The notes below the pieces were generated by a model. It was not told the origin of the DNA. It saw only the letters and a list, made by a program, of their open reading frames with translations, and ran no database searches. The position numbers and the translations under genes are program-made. From Anolis carolinensis (Eukaryota), in contig NC_085841.1 in the NCBI RefSeq assembly GCF_035594765.1, positions 243,804,689 through 243,868,688 of the forward strand: 64,000 nt of DNA. The letters are read 5' to 3'. This document shows positions 14,853 to 28,000 of the stretch, piece after piece; position 1 is the first letter of the stretch; every line of letters begins with the position of its first letter.

Positions 14853-17800
14853 CCCCAAAGTTCCTTTTCACTAAGGATAAGAAAATCAATTATTTCAATT
14901 CTAGGCAAATCAGCACATATTAACTTTCTAGCTTCTTTTGTTTCCAGACAAAAGGAAAAAGGATGCACACCTCATGCTGGAAGGCAACTTACAAAAAGAA
15001 CATTACATTGGAAGACAATCGTGCATGATGAATGAAATACTGGAAAGTTGGACATAAGTAGAGTAACATGACTTGGACTAATGCCCCTCATCCTCAGATA
15101 AATTTCATTAAATGGCTGGCAATATTTTTGAAAGATGGTCACTCTCCAATTGTTAAGCTAATGGCCCATGGTGGCTCTTGATCTGCCAACAAAATGATTA
15201 TGGAACAAACACATACAGAATTTCCTCTGATACCCAGCATGGCTTTCCTATACTGTCCTAGTCAACTAGGACCATCTTCTTGCACCAAGACAAAATATCC
15301 ACAAAGGAAATCATCAAGAAATTGGCTTTGGGGGGATGTAAAGCTATTACATTAAATAGATCTTCCCTCCCTAAAACATTTATTTAAAATTCACAATTTG
15401 ATTTAAGCAGGAATTTTTCATCATCCATTTGACCTATTATTATTATTAGTAGTAGTAGTATTATTAGTATGTTTATTTATATGCCACTTTTTCTCTCCAT
15501 ACGGAAACTCAAAGCGGTTCACAACTAAAAACATTTTAATACAACTTAAAATATATAAATATACAAATATTAAGACAGTATTAAACAATATAAATATTAA
15601 AACAATCCAGGTTAAAACCATACAAGCATATAAAATCACATCGCAGTATGAATTTTACCTAGCCTTTAAACAAAGGACAACTACTGTCCTAACAAACATG
15701 AACACTCTGCTATCACAGCAACATAATGAGTTGGGGAAGTTCATTGTTGTGTTGGGAGAAAGGGAATACCAACCTTTGCAACAACCAAAAGATACATATG
15801 CAAGTGTAATATAGAATTATGCTTGCATATGTCACCAACTGGATGCCAGCTTGTGTGTGTTACAGGACAAGCCATGTCCGCACATTTCCATCATTTTAAT
15901 AAGATCTGATATGAAGATGTAGATCTGTAGACATGCATCCATTAAAAAGATAGGAGAGGCAACATACAGTGAAAGTGGGCTCTAGACAAAGAATCTGAAG
16001 AAACTGTAAAAGTCATTAATGGGGATCCTTATAAGTTATCCAAGCAAATCTGCCAATATGCCTGTTTCTGGATGCTTAGAGAGTTAGTAATAGTGTATGG
16101 AGAATTTTGTTAAAATATCTTCAGTGAGGAATCAACTGACCTAATTCTCAAAAAGATAGTTAATCTATGTTTAAACTATATTACTTCAGACCACAAATGG
16201 GATATTACATGTTTTGTTGACTTGAGTCCCCACCTCTTTCTATAGCACAGTCTTCTGTTCCTTATCACGGAGGGTCATGATTAGCTCTCCTAGCTCTCCT
16301 AATCAGTTGCACAATTAAAATTTACTCTCTACCAAGACTATGGACTGAAGCACCATGATATCGCCTCTTTTAATGGCCATGCTTTTTACTCTGTTGAAGC
16401 TGTGTTGTTGATCTATTGTGATTGTTACGTATATTGTATTGTGGTATTTTATATTGTGTATTTTATACTGTTGTATTTTATTGTATGCTGCTGGGCTTGG
16501 CAACATGTGAGCCGCCCCGAGTCCCTTTGGGGAGATGGGGAGGGATATAAAAATAAAGTAGTAGTAGTAGTAGTAGTTGTTATTATTCCTTACATACAGA
16601 CATCAGTTTTCTTCCTGTGAGCTTTAAAGGACCAAAACATATCAACTATGGAATGGAATGCGTAGTTAAATCTGTAAAGGAGAATCTTTTCCTCAATGCA
16701 GACATTTTTATTTTTAGGTAAACAAGAGTGTAAGACAAGATACAAATTGACAATTAAATATACATATCTCTAACCTGGGACATGTAAGATTGTATAGCGC
16801 AATCATGATTGGAACCAGTGAGAAACAGTGGGAAAGATTCATCTCCAGCTTCACTTGTTCACTGGGCCAAATACACACATTTACTATTTCCTCCTCCTTC
16901 AAGGACAGAAATGGGAAGAAATCAGCTATGACAGTTCTAGGTCCAGCATTGCTCATAGACTAGGATTGGGGCTCATCTGAGGGATCGCTGAGGAGCAAAG
17001 GCAAAGCCAACTCCTTCCTACCTCTGTCCCCTTTTGGGACCTTGTGCCACAGTAACCCACCTGCCATTGTTGACTGAGACCCTCACTTAGGTAACTCCTT
17101 TTTCTCTGCAACTTTGACCCTCTCCAGCCATGAACATGATGGACGACAAAGCATTTGGGGCGCCCTTAGGTTCCATACTAGACTAAGCAAACTATTTGGA
17201 GCTCACACAATGGATTTTGGCAGGCAGGCAATATTTTCCGTGCTTGTAATAATTACTTGGTTGGATCAACACCACAGAATCCAATCTTTGTTAGGTGTCA
17301 GCCTAAAAACACTAGCTATGACTTGTCCTCTAGAAAGTAACTTTCCCAAGCTCTGGATCCTCTAAACTTCAATCTATATGAAAGTAAAAGACATATATGT
17401 TTTAAACCTAGAAGATCTGGAAGCTGACACTCTAAAATTAACAAGTCTAGGTACAACAAAGCTAATTGGTAGACCAGATACAGAGGTTTAGAAGATAGGG
17501 GTTGTTGCCTGGTTAGAATGGTAGAAGTTGCAGTTCCAAAGCACACTTGAAATTAAAGATCAATTCAAGCTAATTAGGAACTTTTAGGAATCATCTTTTT
17601 GACCCACATAATGTGCTCATGCCCCCACCCCACACACATATAGTCCAGGTACTTGACAACAGTGTAGCAATAGCTTTTCATGTAGAATTTAGAGTACCTG
17701 GCAGGAGACAAAGGAAGCATTTCTATGAATAATTACTTTTGGAACTCATGGAATTTCAGAGTTTAGTTCCATGATTTATACATGGGCAACTAAAAGATTC

Positions 17801-20800
17801 CATACATCACTGGCCTAAAGTCATTTCCTGAGAAATTTATATTTGAAAGCAAGAAGGACTATAAAATGCCACTTTATCTTAAGACATCTAAATGCCTAAA
17901 TGATATCAAAGCTTCTAATATTATAATGAAATCTACATTTTTCCCAAAGGAACGTATTCAGACCCGCACTTCAGCCAAACTTTAGAATGAATATGAGACT
18001 TAAAGGCTCTTTATTAATCCATTATTGATTATATATCCTTCATCCAAGGCATTTTAAAGATTTTCATATTCCATATCAGAAAATCATATTCACCAATTTG
18101 ATATTAAATACTCACAGAAGAATAAATGTCAGCCTCAAAATAAATCAACGTAATTGGAGGCTAATGACATATCAATATTTATGGCAAACAAAGGCAGATA
18201 ATTATTTCCCAAGAGAGAGTTATCAAAATTGAATCCGTGAACTGGAATTAATCAATGTTCCAAAACACATGGAAATCCCTATATGTCAGGTACTATGGAA
18301 TAAGTAACAATTATGTATTTGTCTTGCCTTTGTTCGGGACATCATTTAAATGCTAAAGCTTGTCCAGTCAGATTTTGAGCCTATTTCACATAGGGTATGC
18401 TGATATAAAGAGAAGTTTAATGACAAGAAAGGTGAATGAAAAGGGGAAACTAAAAGCTCATCAAATTCTGCCTGACTTGTCTGATATCAAGTGATTTATA
18501 AACATTTTCCTATACCTCCCCAACCCCATTTCTTTTCACTCTTCTTTTTTCCATGAAAAAACTGGAATGCTATATAAAAATGTCAGCAATCCAGTAAAGC
18601 CCTGAAATCTGCAACTGTGGAATTCTCCATTCACATGCCTCAAGAATTCGAGCATTAACACTGAAATAAAATGAGTAACAAAATACTATGGCAGATATTC
18701 TGACCTCTTTTTAAAGAAGGGTTTCAAGCTGAGAAGGCATGAAAAATGGATTACCGTCTAAGCAGTGTCTGAGAGAATCTTACCACATGTTTTGCTGGGC
18801 AGTAGCAGCCAAACACTGCTACTGCCCGCTCCTAGTCTTCCCCATCAAAAGAAAAGGAAAACTGCAGGAAGAGGGCTGTTCTCCTGATCTAGTGTCTATT
18901 CGGCAACAGCAACAGCTGCTGTCACTGTGCTGGTAAGAAAGAGCTGCAGCTCAGCAGCACATCATAGGCTTTCCTCTAGTTAAAAATACCTCAGGTACCA
19001 AAAACTGACAGTGTGGGAGAGTTGATGCCACTCAAAGAAGACAACTAGCCCAAAATATTCAAGTAACTGACTGGGTTGATAGTTGCTTCCTGTGGAAGTA
19101 TGGATAGGACCATGGAAGATAGGGCTTTCACACTGCCATGATATCTAAAGGGAACCTCCATGTTCAGAGGCACTGTATTTCTGAATGCCAGATACTGCAA
19201 AATCGCAAGTAAGGGAATGTCCCTTAATACCTGGGACTACCTTATAAGTTTCTGGTTGGCCATCCTTGAGAGGAGAATATTCAACCAGGTGAGCACTTGA
19301 TCCAGTACAAGAGTTTTTATGTAACTCTGTGCAGCTTTCGCAAACTGGATGGCCTCTTGATTTGTTGAACTACAAAAACCATAATTCCTCCCAAACAGCA
19401 TGACACCTGGCTACAGATGATGGGAACTGCAACCCAATCAAAGCTGGGGGAGGGCATGGTATAGCCAACTGTTCTTTTAAGTTCCCTCTAATGGCAGATG
19501 AGGAACATTCTCAATCACAACACTAGCACAACACAGTTCCAGCAAGATTGTACACTTAGCAGCAACTCAAAGGCAATCAGAACAACAAAATGCTACAGTA
19601 GGACACTTACAGTGAATTTCAGGTATAATTATAAATGAATATTTTGTAGGGGATCAGGCTATGCAGCTACAAAATAAGTTTCCTGCATTAAACAGGTATT
19701 TACAAGACCTAGCCTGGGGTGGGGAACCCATGGCCCTTCAGATGTTGTCAGACCATCAGCTTTCACCACTGACTATGCTGGCTAGAGGTGATTTAAAGTT
19801 ACTGTTCAATATCATCTGCTGGGCCACTTGTTGACAATCCTTACCTTAGACCCTTTGGGCAATTATCTTGGAAAAGCTCTAGCACCTTCTCTAGCACCTG
19901 TTTTATTACTTTATCTATATCTAGATAGTATCACAGTTGCAACCTACCCTGCAGAGGTGGAGGACCTATTAAAATGGTCCATAAATTCTAATGGATCCTT
20001 TGAGATTCCCAGAGGCCTTAGAAGGTTCTATGACTGGGATCATCAACGATCCTGTTGAATCCCTGGTCAATAAATGGAATCAAAATCGAATAAGAGCTAT
20101 TGACACAATCGCTCTGAAACAGCCTCTCTAACCCGTTATGAATCAGGCTGCCTGGTATACAGAGAATTTCCCTCAGAGAAATTAAATGGGAAGGACAACT
20201 AGAACACAGATGGCAGAAAATTGAACTTTTATGTGACAAGACACAGTATAGAAGGCACTTCTGCTCCTATAAGGGGGCAATATGTGCAACGAAGAAAGCT
20301 TTCTCTTCTGCATACATTGTGCAGATTCACTTAGATGCTGTCAATGGAGCAGAAGCCAACAATGAGGTGTCCAGCAACTCTGTGAGTGGACTTACAGGAT
20401 CTGTTTCAATTGGTCAGTACGATTGATGTGGACAAGCTCCTGATGCAAGTAAGGAGGACTGTCCCTCATGGCTAGTTGTCCAAGGAGGAGATGCAATTCA
20501 ATCTCAAATACAACAAATTATTAATGCATGTCTCAGGGAGGAGAATTTTCCAGAAGCAGTAGTTAACCTCCCTGGATCCTCGACCTTAATAACTACAGAC
20601 CAGTCTCTAACCTCTTTTTGGGCAAGGTGATTGAGAAGGCAGTTGCTTTCCAACTCCAGGCAGTCTTGGATGACACCCACTTCATTGACCCATTTCAAAC
20701 CAGCTTTAGAGTACGATACGGAATTGAGACTGCTATGGTTGCCTTAGTGCATATGTGTCCCTGTTCGTGCTTCTAGACCTCTCAGCAGCTTTTGACACTA

Positions 20801-23800
20801 TCAACCATGTTATCCTTGGGGGGGGGGGGGGGGGGGGGCAGTGTTTGAGAATTGGAGGCACTGTGCTGCAGTGGTTCCAGTCATAACCCTCAGGTAGGCT
20901 GCAGATAGTGGTGCTTGGGGATACCTGCTCCCCCAAAAGAGGAGCTGTTATATGACATCCCACAGGGCACCATTCTATCCCCAATGCTTTTTAATATTTA
21001 CATGAAACTGCTGTGAGAGATAATCCAGAGGCATGAGGCAGGTATTATCAGTATGCTGATGACACCCAAATATATGTATTTCTCCATACCGTCCAAAACA
21101 GCCTAAGCTAAGGATAGTATGTATCTTCTGAATGAATGCCTGAAGGAGATAATGGGCTGGATGGGGAAAAAACAAATTGAAACTGAATCCAGAAAAAACA
21201 GAGGTGCTTACCATTAAGGGTCCTAATCTGGTGATAGAGATGTGTCCACCAGTACTGGATGGGGTTACATTTCTCCTGAAAGACTGTGTTCGCAGCTTGG
21301 GAGTGCTCCTGGATCCATCTCTCCAAATGTCAGCCCTGGTAGATGTGACGGTCAGGAGTGCTTACTACCAGCTTGGGTTGATATGCCAGCTATGCCCCTT
21401 CCTAGATTTGACATGCACTGGTAACCTCAAGGTTGGCCTCCTGCAATGCACTTTACATTGGGTTACCTTTGTACCAAGTTGGGAAACTCCAGTCAGTTCA
21501 AAGTACAAAGTGTTAGTTTTAACCTTTAAAAACCTAAATGGTTTGGGTCCTAAAGGATCACTTTCTCCCATACAATCCACCCTGAACACTAAGGTCTCCT
21601 AGGGGGCATCTACTCCAGTCTGCCAGAACCCGACTAGCAATCATCACTCAGAGGATATTTTCATCAGCTGTCCCAATACTGTGGAACAACCTGCCAGAAG
21701 GACTCGACAGATCAGCTGTCGGAATTTAAGACACAATTGAAGACCTATCTCTTCCAGCAGGCCTACCCAATTTTAAGTTGTGAATTTTAATCTGCATTTT
21801 ATCTGCATTTTAACTTGTATTTTCACTCTCTGTGTCTTGTTGTATGTCTTTTAATAGTGCTTTATCTCTTGTTTTAGGAGCCCCCAGTGGTGCAATGGGT
21901 TAAACTCTTGTGCCGGCAGGACTGCTAACCGACAGGTCAGCTGTTCGAATCTGAACAGAGCGGGTGAGCTCCCTCTTTCAGCTCCAGCTCCCCATGCGGG
22001 GAAATGAGAGAAGCTTCTCATAAGGATGGTAAAACATCAAACATCTGGGCATCCCCTGAACAATATCCTTGCAGACAGTCAATTCTCTCACACCAGAAGC
22101 AACTTGCAGTTTTTCAAGTTGCTCCTGACACGAGAAAAAACCCTCTTGTTTTAATGTTGTTGTATCCTGCCTTGAGCGGTACCATCATCATCATCATCAT
22201 CATCATCATCATATGGTATACACACAATGGACAGAACAAGGAAAGCTAAATTTGCTTTTTAAACATGGGGAGCAGACCAACATATGAAAAGAAGTTTCAA
22301 AGACATGGCCCAATAGGATTCTTCTTTGCCCATGAAGGGAATTCACTGTCAGCAAATTAGTATGTAGATATCCATGCACAGGAATGAAAGAAGGAATTGG
22401 GCTATTCATCATGAATTACATCAAAGCAATTTGGTATTCAACTTTTCATAACAGAGAGGACTACAAGTGAAATAGGTAGTGATGCAGTATATCTGAGCTG
22501 AAGTGCTCTCAAAAAGAGATGTGTTCATAACCTGGCCACAGTTACAGTGCAAGAAAAACCTGATCATGACTTAAAGCAAAATCAAGGATGTTTTATGTTG
22601 TAATGCTACATCTCAGAGGTTAGCTGTTAGTTTAATTATCTCTGTGTCAGAATGTATTGTTGGATTCGCAAATGTCAATTACACAAACATCATACCAGAT
22701 TAAAGTCCACTTGACATCCCCATCTCTTTAAGGCAGATCACATCAACATTTGGTATTTGTCTGACTTAGAAGGAAAAAACACAGAGCAAAGGCATAACAT
22801 GACTTGCCCCTAGGTAACGATTCTGAGCTTCCCTCCATTTGCCAAAGTTTCATTATAGAAGAACATCAGACAACTGGTAACCAGAGGATGTCTGCTACTG
22901 GGCTTATATAGCCTCATTTTCTCTGAAATCAGAATCTGTCAGGGTTATCCAACATCAAGGAAACATGAGTAGAGAGAATCTTTGAAATGGGGGCTGTTTC
23001 ATTATGCCATACATTGTCTGCTTCTACAATAATAGAATTAATACAGTTTGATCCCATTTTAACTGCCATGGCTCAATGCTATGGAATTCAGTGAGTTGTA
23101 GTTTGGTGAAGCACCAGTCCTCTTCGGCAGAGAAAGCTACAGATCTAATAAAAAGACTCCTTCCATGATTCCATAATATTCAGCCATTGTCTTCAGCCTT
23201 TCCTATCTCATCAAACTACAACTCCCAGGAGTTGCAAACATTTTGAAGACACCATTTCTGAAAGTCAAGGTCTCTATTTTTGAAACCCTGACATACTCAC
23301 TTTCAAGAGAGGCATTGCAGCCCTGCATCTCGCTGTCTTCCCATTCTTCAAGAAATGTGATTCATCCTGAACAAGAGAGAAAATGAACGCTTGAGCCACA
23401 GCCAAGCAACCTAGGCAATTTAATAGTCCTGTTGCTTTTTGTGAAATATCCTAGCCAAGAAGCGCATAATTTAATGGGACACATCAGCAATCTGAATACA
23501 ATCCCTGCATAATACAAGACAGGGCTGCTTGCTCAAAATCAAAATTACTAAGAAAGGAAAATACAACATTGTTGTGATCTATCAACATTCTTAGGCAAGC
23601 ATGCAGATTTGGAGAGGGGGGGAATTACTATGTGGAATTTTTTCCCCATAAGAATTTGTAAATGCAGATAACTGGTAGTTCCACACTGCACTGACTCTTC
23701 TAAATGAAGGGTTAATGGAGAAAATATCAGAAGTGGGAGGAAATCTAATTAGGAACCTACTGGTATGCTGATAAAGGCTCACCAGGTAGGTTATTATCTC

Positions 23801-25020
23801 CCGCAATGAGCTCTCTCTGTGTTGCTGTTACAAGGCTGAGCTTCAGGACACTAAGGAAATTGGCTCCCTCCCAGGGAATGTGCTCGTCTTGTTGCATGTG
23901 GGCAAGGAAGCAGCCGTGCATAGAGAGGATAATACACCCCTTTCAACTGTAAGATAGTGCTTTCTCAAGTTTGCTTGGCAATAAAGTTATGCTAATAAGA
24001 GCCACCAGCAGAGGAAGAATTGGAGAGACAAGTGGGGAAGCAGAACTCTCCACAGGAGCTATTTCAGCAGAAACACAGCGTCTAGATTCTGTAATATATC
24101 TCACATGAACATGAGTGAGGACCAGGCTTAAATCTTCATGTGAGAAAACTGTGATATCCGAAATTATTACTGCTATTCTATACTAACATTTAGCCACTGG
24201 ACAGAGAGATGGGGAGTGAATTCCTTAAGACCAGAGGTGTCAAATTTGTGGCCGTTTCAACTAGCGAGGTTGTCCAATGGTCAGGCATTCTGGGAGCTGA
24301 AGTCCAAAGCACCTGGAGGGCCACAAATTTGAAACCATGCTTTAGACCAATGGCACAGTGGATGGGGGAGTCTTTCACCCAAAAACATTTTTCAATGCAA
24401 CTTAGAAAAGTGTTTCCTCTGTTAGATTTTCTCAATGCAACTTACACAATTTCAAAGGAACATTTTTCCCCTACAGGACAAATAGTGGCCTGGAAGAGCT
24501 ACTGTGATTGTAAAAAAAAGCATGAAGAATGAATTAGACACTTCTTTTTCTCACATCCCCATTGTTGTGCCAAAGAAACTACCGGACTGAAAAAAACATA
24601 TAGGTAAGTATAGTAAGTGATAGTTCAGATAGGGTTAGTGAGTGCACCAGCATTAATATAGTAGCAAACTACTACTCATTAATATAGTAGCAAACTATGG
24701 GCAGTTATACAGATGACAACTTAGTGCCAATGTTCAGCCTTCAGGGCCATAGCCATGCAACCCAGATGTATCAGAAGTGAGCCAAGATCCCTTCCAACTG
24801 CTAGATTTTGCAGCCATTTTGGTCAGCCATGTCAACAAGATATAGATTGGGCATTGTATTTCAAGGCAAAATATTTTGCCATGGTTGATGTTGTATTGGG
24901 TAGAGAGAGAGAGATAAATAAATAAAAACTTCCTGGAAGTAAGAGCTCTTCGCCAATAGAATAAGCTGCCTCACAGGATGGTGGAGTCTCTTTCTCTGGA
25001 AGTTTTTAAGAAGAGGCTAG

Positions 25021-25062
<42 letters not shown>

Positions 25063-28000
25063 CTTTATTTATACCCCGCCACCATCTCCCCAATGGGGAC
25101 TCGGGGCGGCTTACATGGGGCCATGCCCGGGAAAAATACAATATAACACAATATAAAAACAACATATCATAATACAATTACAACAATACAATAAAGAATC
25201 ATATACAGTACAACACAAAATCCAAAGAGCAGTATAACAGGGCAGGCCGCACTGACACTCAGTTAAAACTCGGGGTGAGAAAAGGATAAGAAAAAGGATA
25301 AGAATAAATAGATGGCTATTAGTCTGGGATGCTTTGATTGTGTTTTTCCTGCATGACAAGAGGTTAGACTGGATAGCTCTTTGGGTCTCTTCCAACTCTG
25401 GGATTTGAAATGATCATGCCCAAAATGGAAGAGGGCTGCACTCTCCACACTCCTGGACTATGTCTGTTACTCCAAATTTGATTTACCAAAGTGCAAGAGA
25501 GGGGAAAGACAACTGCTAAACTCACACACAAATGAGATCTACACAACCCTTAAAAGAGATTTTGTGATGGTAGATAACAAATAAGAGATTTACAGTTTTA
25601 ATTAGTAAGTATTACCACTATGAAATGATGTTAGCAAATTGCTGCAAAAATTAAAGGTGAGAAAAACATAATGCTACATATTATGATGTAATGGCTTATG
25701 TGTTTGATGGGAATATAGAAAGATAATGAAGAAGGAAAACATATTGGTTGTTGTTATTTAATGAAACAGGATAGAATGAAGAGGAATCTTAGATTTTTAT
25801 TTTGAGAGGCTTGAAATAATTTGAATACAAAGTTTATATCATTGAAAGGAAGAATAAGTAATTTTTCTTTGTTGTTTAACCTTTATTTTTATGCTTTATG
25901 TTTTAATGTCTTTTCCCTCTTGTTCTTTGTTTTCTTTTTGTGTATTTATAGTATGTTATTGTATTTGAAAGGGCTCCCCAATGGCGCAGCGGGTTAAACC
26001 GCTGAGCTGCTGAACTTGCTGGCCGAAAGGTTGGGGGTTCGAATCTGAGGAACGGGGTGAGTTCCCGCTGTTAGGCCCAGCTTCTGCCAACCTAGCAGTT
26101 CGAAAACATGCAAATGTGAGTAGATTAATAGGTACTGCTCAGGCAGGAAGGTAACGGTGCTTTATGCAGTCATGCCGGCCACATGACCTTGGAAGTGTCT
26201 TTGGACAACACCGGCTCTTCGGCTTAGAAATGGAGATGAGCACCAACCTCCAGAGTCGGACATGACTGGACTTAATGTCAGAGGAAAACCTTTACCTTTA
26301 CCTTTATTGTATTTGAAAACCTTTAATAAAGTATTATATGTTCTCTTTGCACACTATTTTGTACCTCTCCTTTCTTGCCTCATTTAATTTATTTTTATCC
26401 ATTCCCATTTTATGTTTACGGCAATCATGAGAGATGTTATGGCTGGGGGTTTATGACCTAATGGACTGCAATACCCATTAGCTCTAACCATCATAGCCAA
26501 TAGTGAGGGATGTTGTGAGTTGAAGGCTAACAACATACAAATGGCCACAATGACTCATCTTTACTTTGAGGCCTAATTCAGCATTCAATACTTTCATTGA
26601 TCCAGATGCTTTAACCATCTACTGACATTTCTTCATTATGTGCATTCAACTGTGAAAAAACCTTTGGCTGTGACCCAGAATGCATTTACTTGAAAGTATG
26701 TATTTGCTGATATCATGTTTCCAAGAGAATGTACATAACTGAAGTGTCAGAAATGTGAACAGTAACATCAACAAGTGTCTTTATGGAATAAATGTGAGAA
26801 AAACTGGGGCTTGGGAACAAGTTTGAAAAAATGAAGCTAATTGTAATTTAGTATTGCAGGCATTAGCAGACAGCTTGCAGCATGGTGCCCACCTCCTACA
26901 CTTCTGATATAAGCAAAAGGGGAGCAAACTGAAAGCTTCCACCTTTGGATCTGAATAAATTAGCAATTTCTGCTACTCATGAACTTCTAAAAGAGGAAAC
27001 TCTTGAGACTTGCTGTGGTTCATTCCCGTAAAGATTTGACATAATTTAGCATTACCAGGACATGTCCTCAATGTCAGATATAAGTTCTGGCAACTAAATT
27101 TCAGTTTCCCCTAGGAATAATAGAGTTCCAAGACTTCATTGTTTCCAAGAAAGGTATAAGAAAATGGTGGTGGTCATCTCTTAAAAACTACAGAAAAAAA
27201 ACTAAATAAGAACCTGATATGATTAATAAATTGGCCCTTTTGAACTATCAACGCAAGAACAGAAGCTAAAGTAAAACATGCTTTATATCAGGACAGCAGG
27301 GGCTATTTTTAATTCTAGCCATAATTTTGACTAATTTTCTGCCACTTTCGTTGTCTACTTTGTGGGGATTACGCCTGAGAGGTGGGTAGGATTGAAGATT
27401 AAATGGATGAGCAAACTATTGCTTTTTAAAGAGGTTTTGGGAGATCTGAGTACAAAAAATCAGCCCAATTAAAATTAGTGGGATCTGGGAGCTTTCAGGG
27501 GCTTCTGGGGAGGGGGCTCTTGTGTGCCATATTTAGTGGTCCCATCTTGTCCACCTTTGTTTTATATGGTCATCCCACAGTCCAAAAGTTCTAACTCATG
27601 ACATTGTGTTTGAGCAAGACAACAGAACTCTTAGTCACCTTTCCTGCAGGTGGCTTGCAAAAAAAACCCTGCTGCTCTCAACAATTCATCTGTAAACAGA
27701 TGTTTTCTAGGAAAATTCAAACAGTGATTAACAAGAGATACTAGTCCCTCAGTGAGAGAGAGAGGGTAGGAGCTAAAACAAACTACGGTAAATAAATAAA
27801 AACTAAAACTAAGTAAATACACATCAGAAAAGCTGTCACAATATAAATGGCAGCACAATGCAATCTGGATTCAATTTAATTTATCAAAAGACAAAGCCTT
27901 CTCTTTCCTGTCCCACTGTTCTTTGACTGGGTCTTTTGACTGGCCCATCAAAATCCATGCTTCTTACATTCACTAAGGGGATGCTACTTACAACAATCAC

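Noticed and set aside
14672-15035. ORFs with ERERER or SLSLSL runs
   Set aside because: They are translations of the (GA)n microsatellite.
20818-20838. Poly-G tracts (also about 1001, 42863, 50967) as functional G-quadruplexes
   Set aside because: Simple homopolymers, mostly inside TEs, of unreliable length, with no supporting context.
21177-21602. 141-aa ORF as a host gene
   Set aside because: It is a frameshifted L2 reverse-transcriptase fragment.
25971-26050. tRNA gene (also the other GTTCGAATC-containing heads)
   Set aside because: These are SINE heads with SINE bodies, tails and TSDs; no complete cloverleaf.
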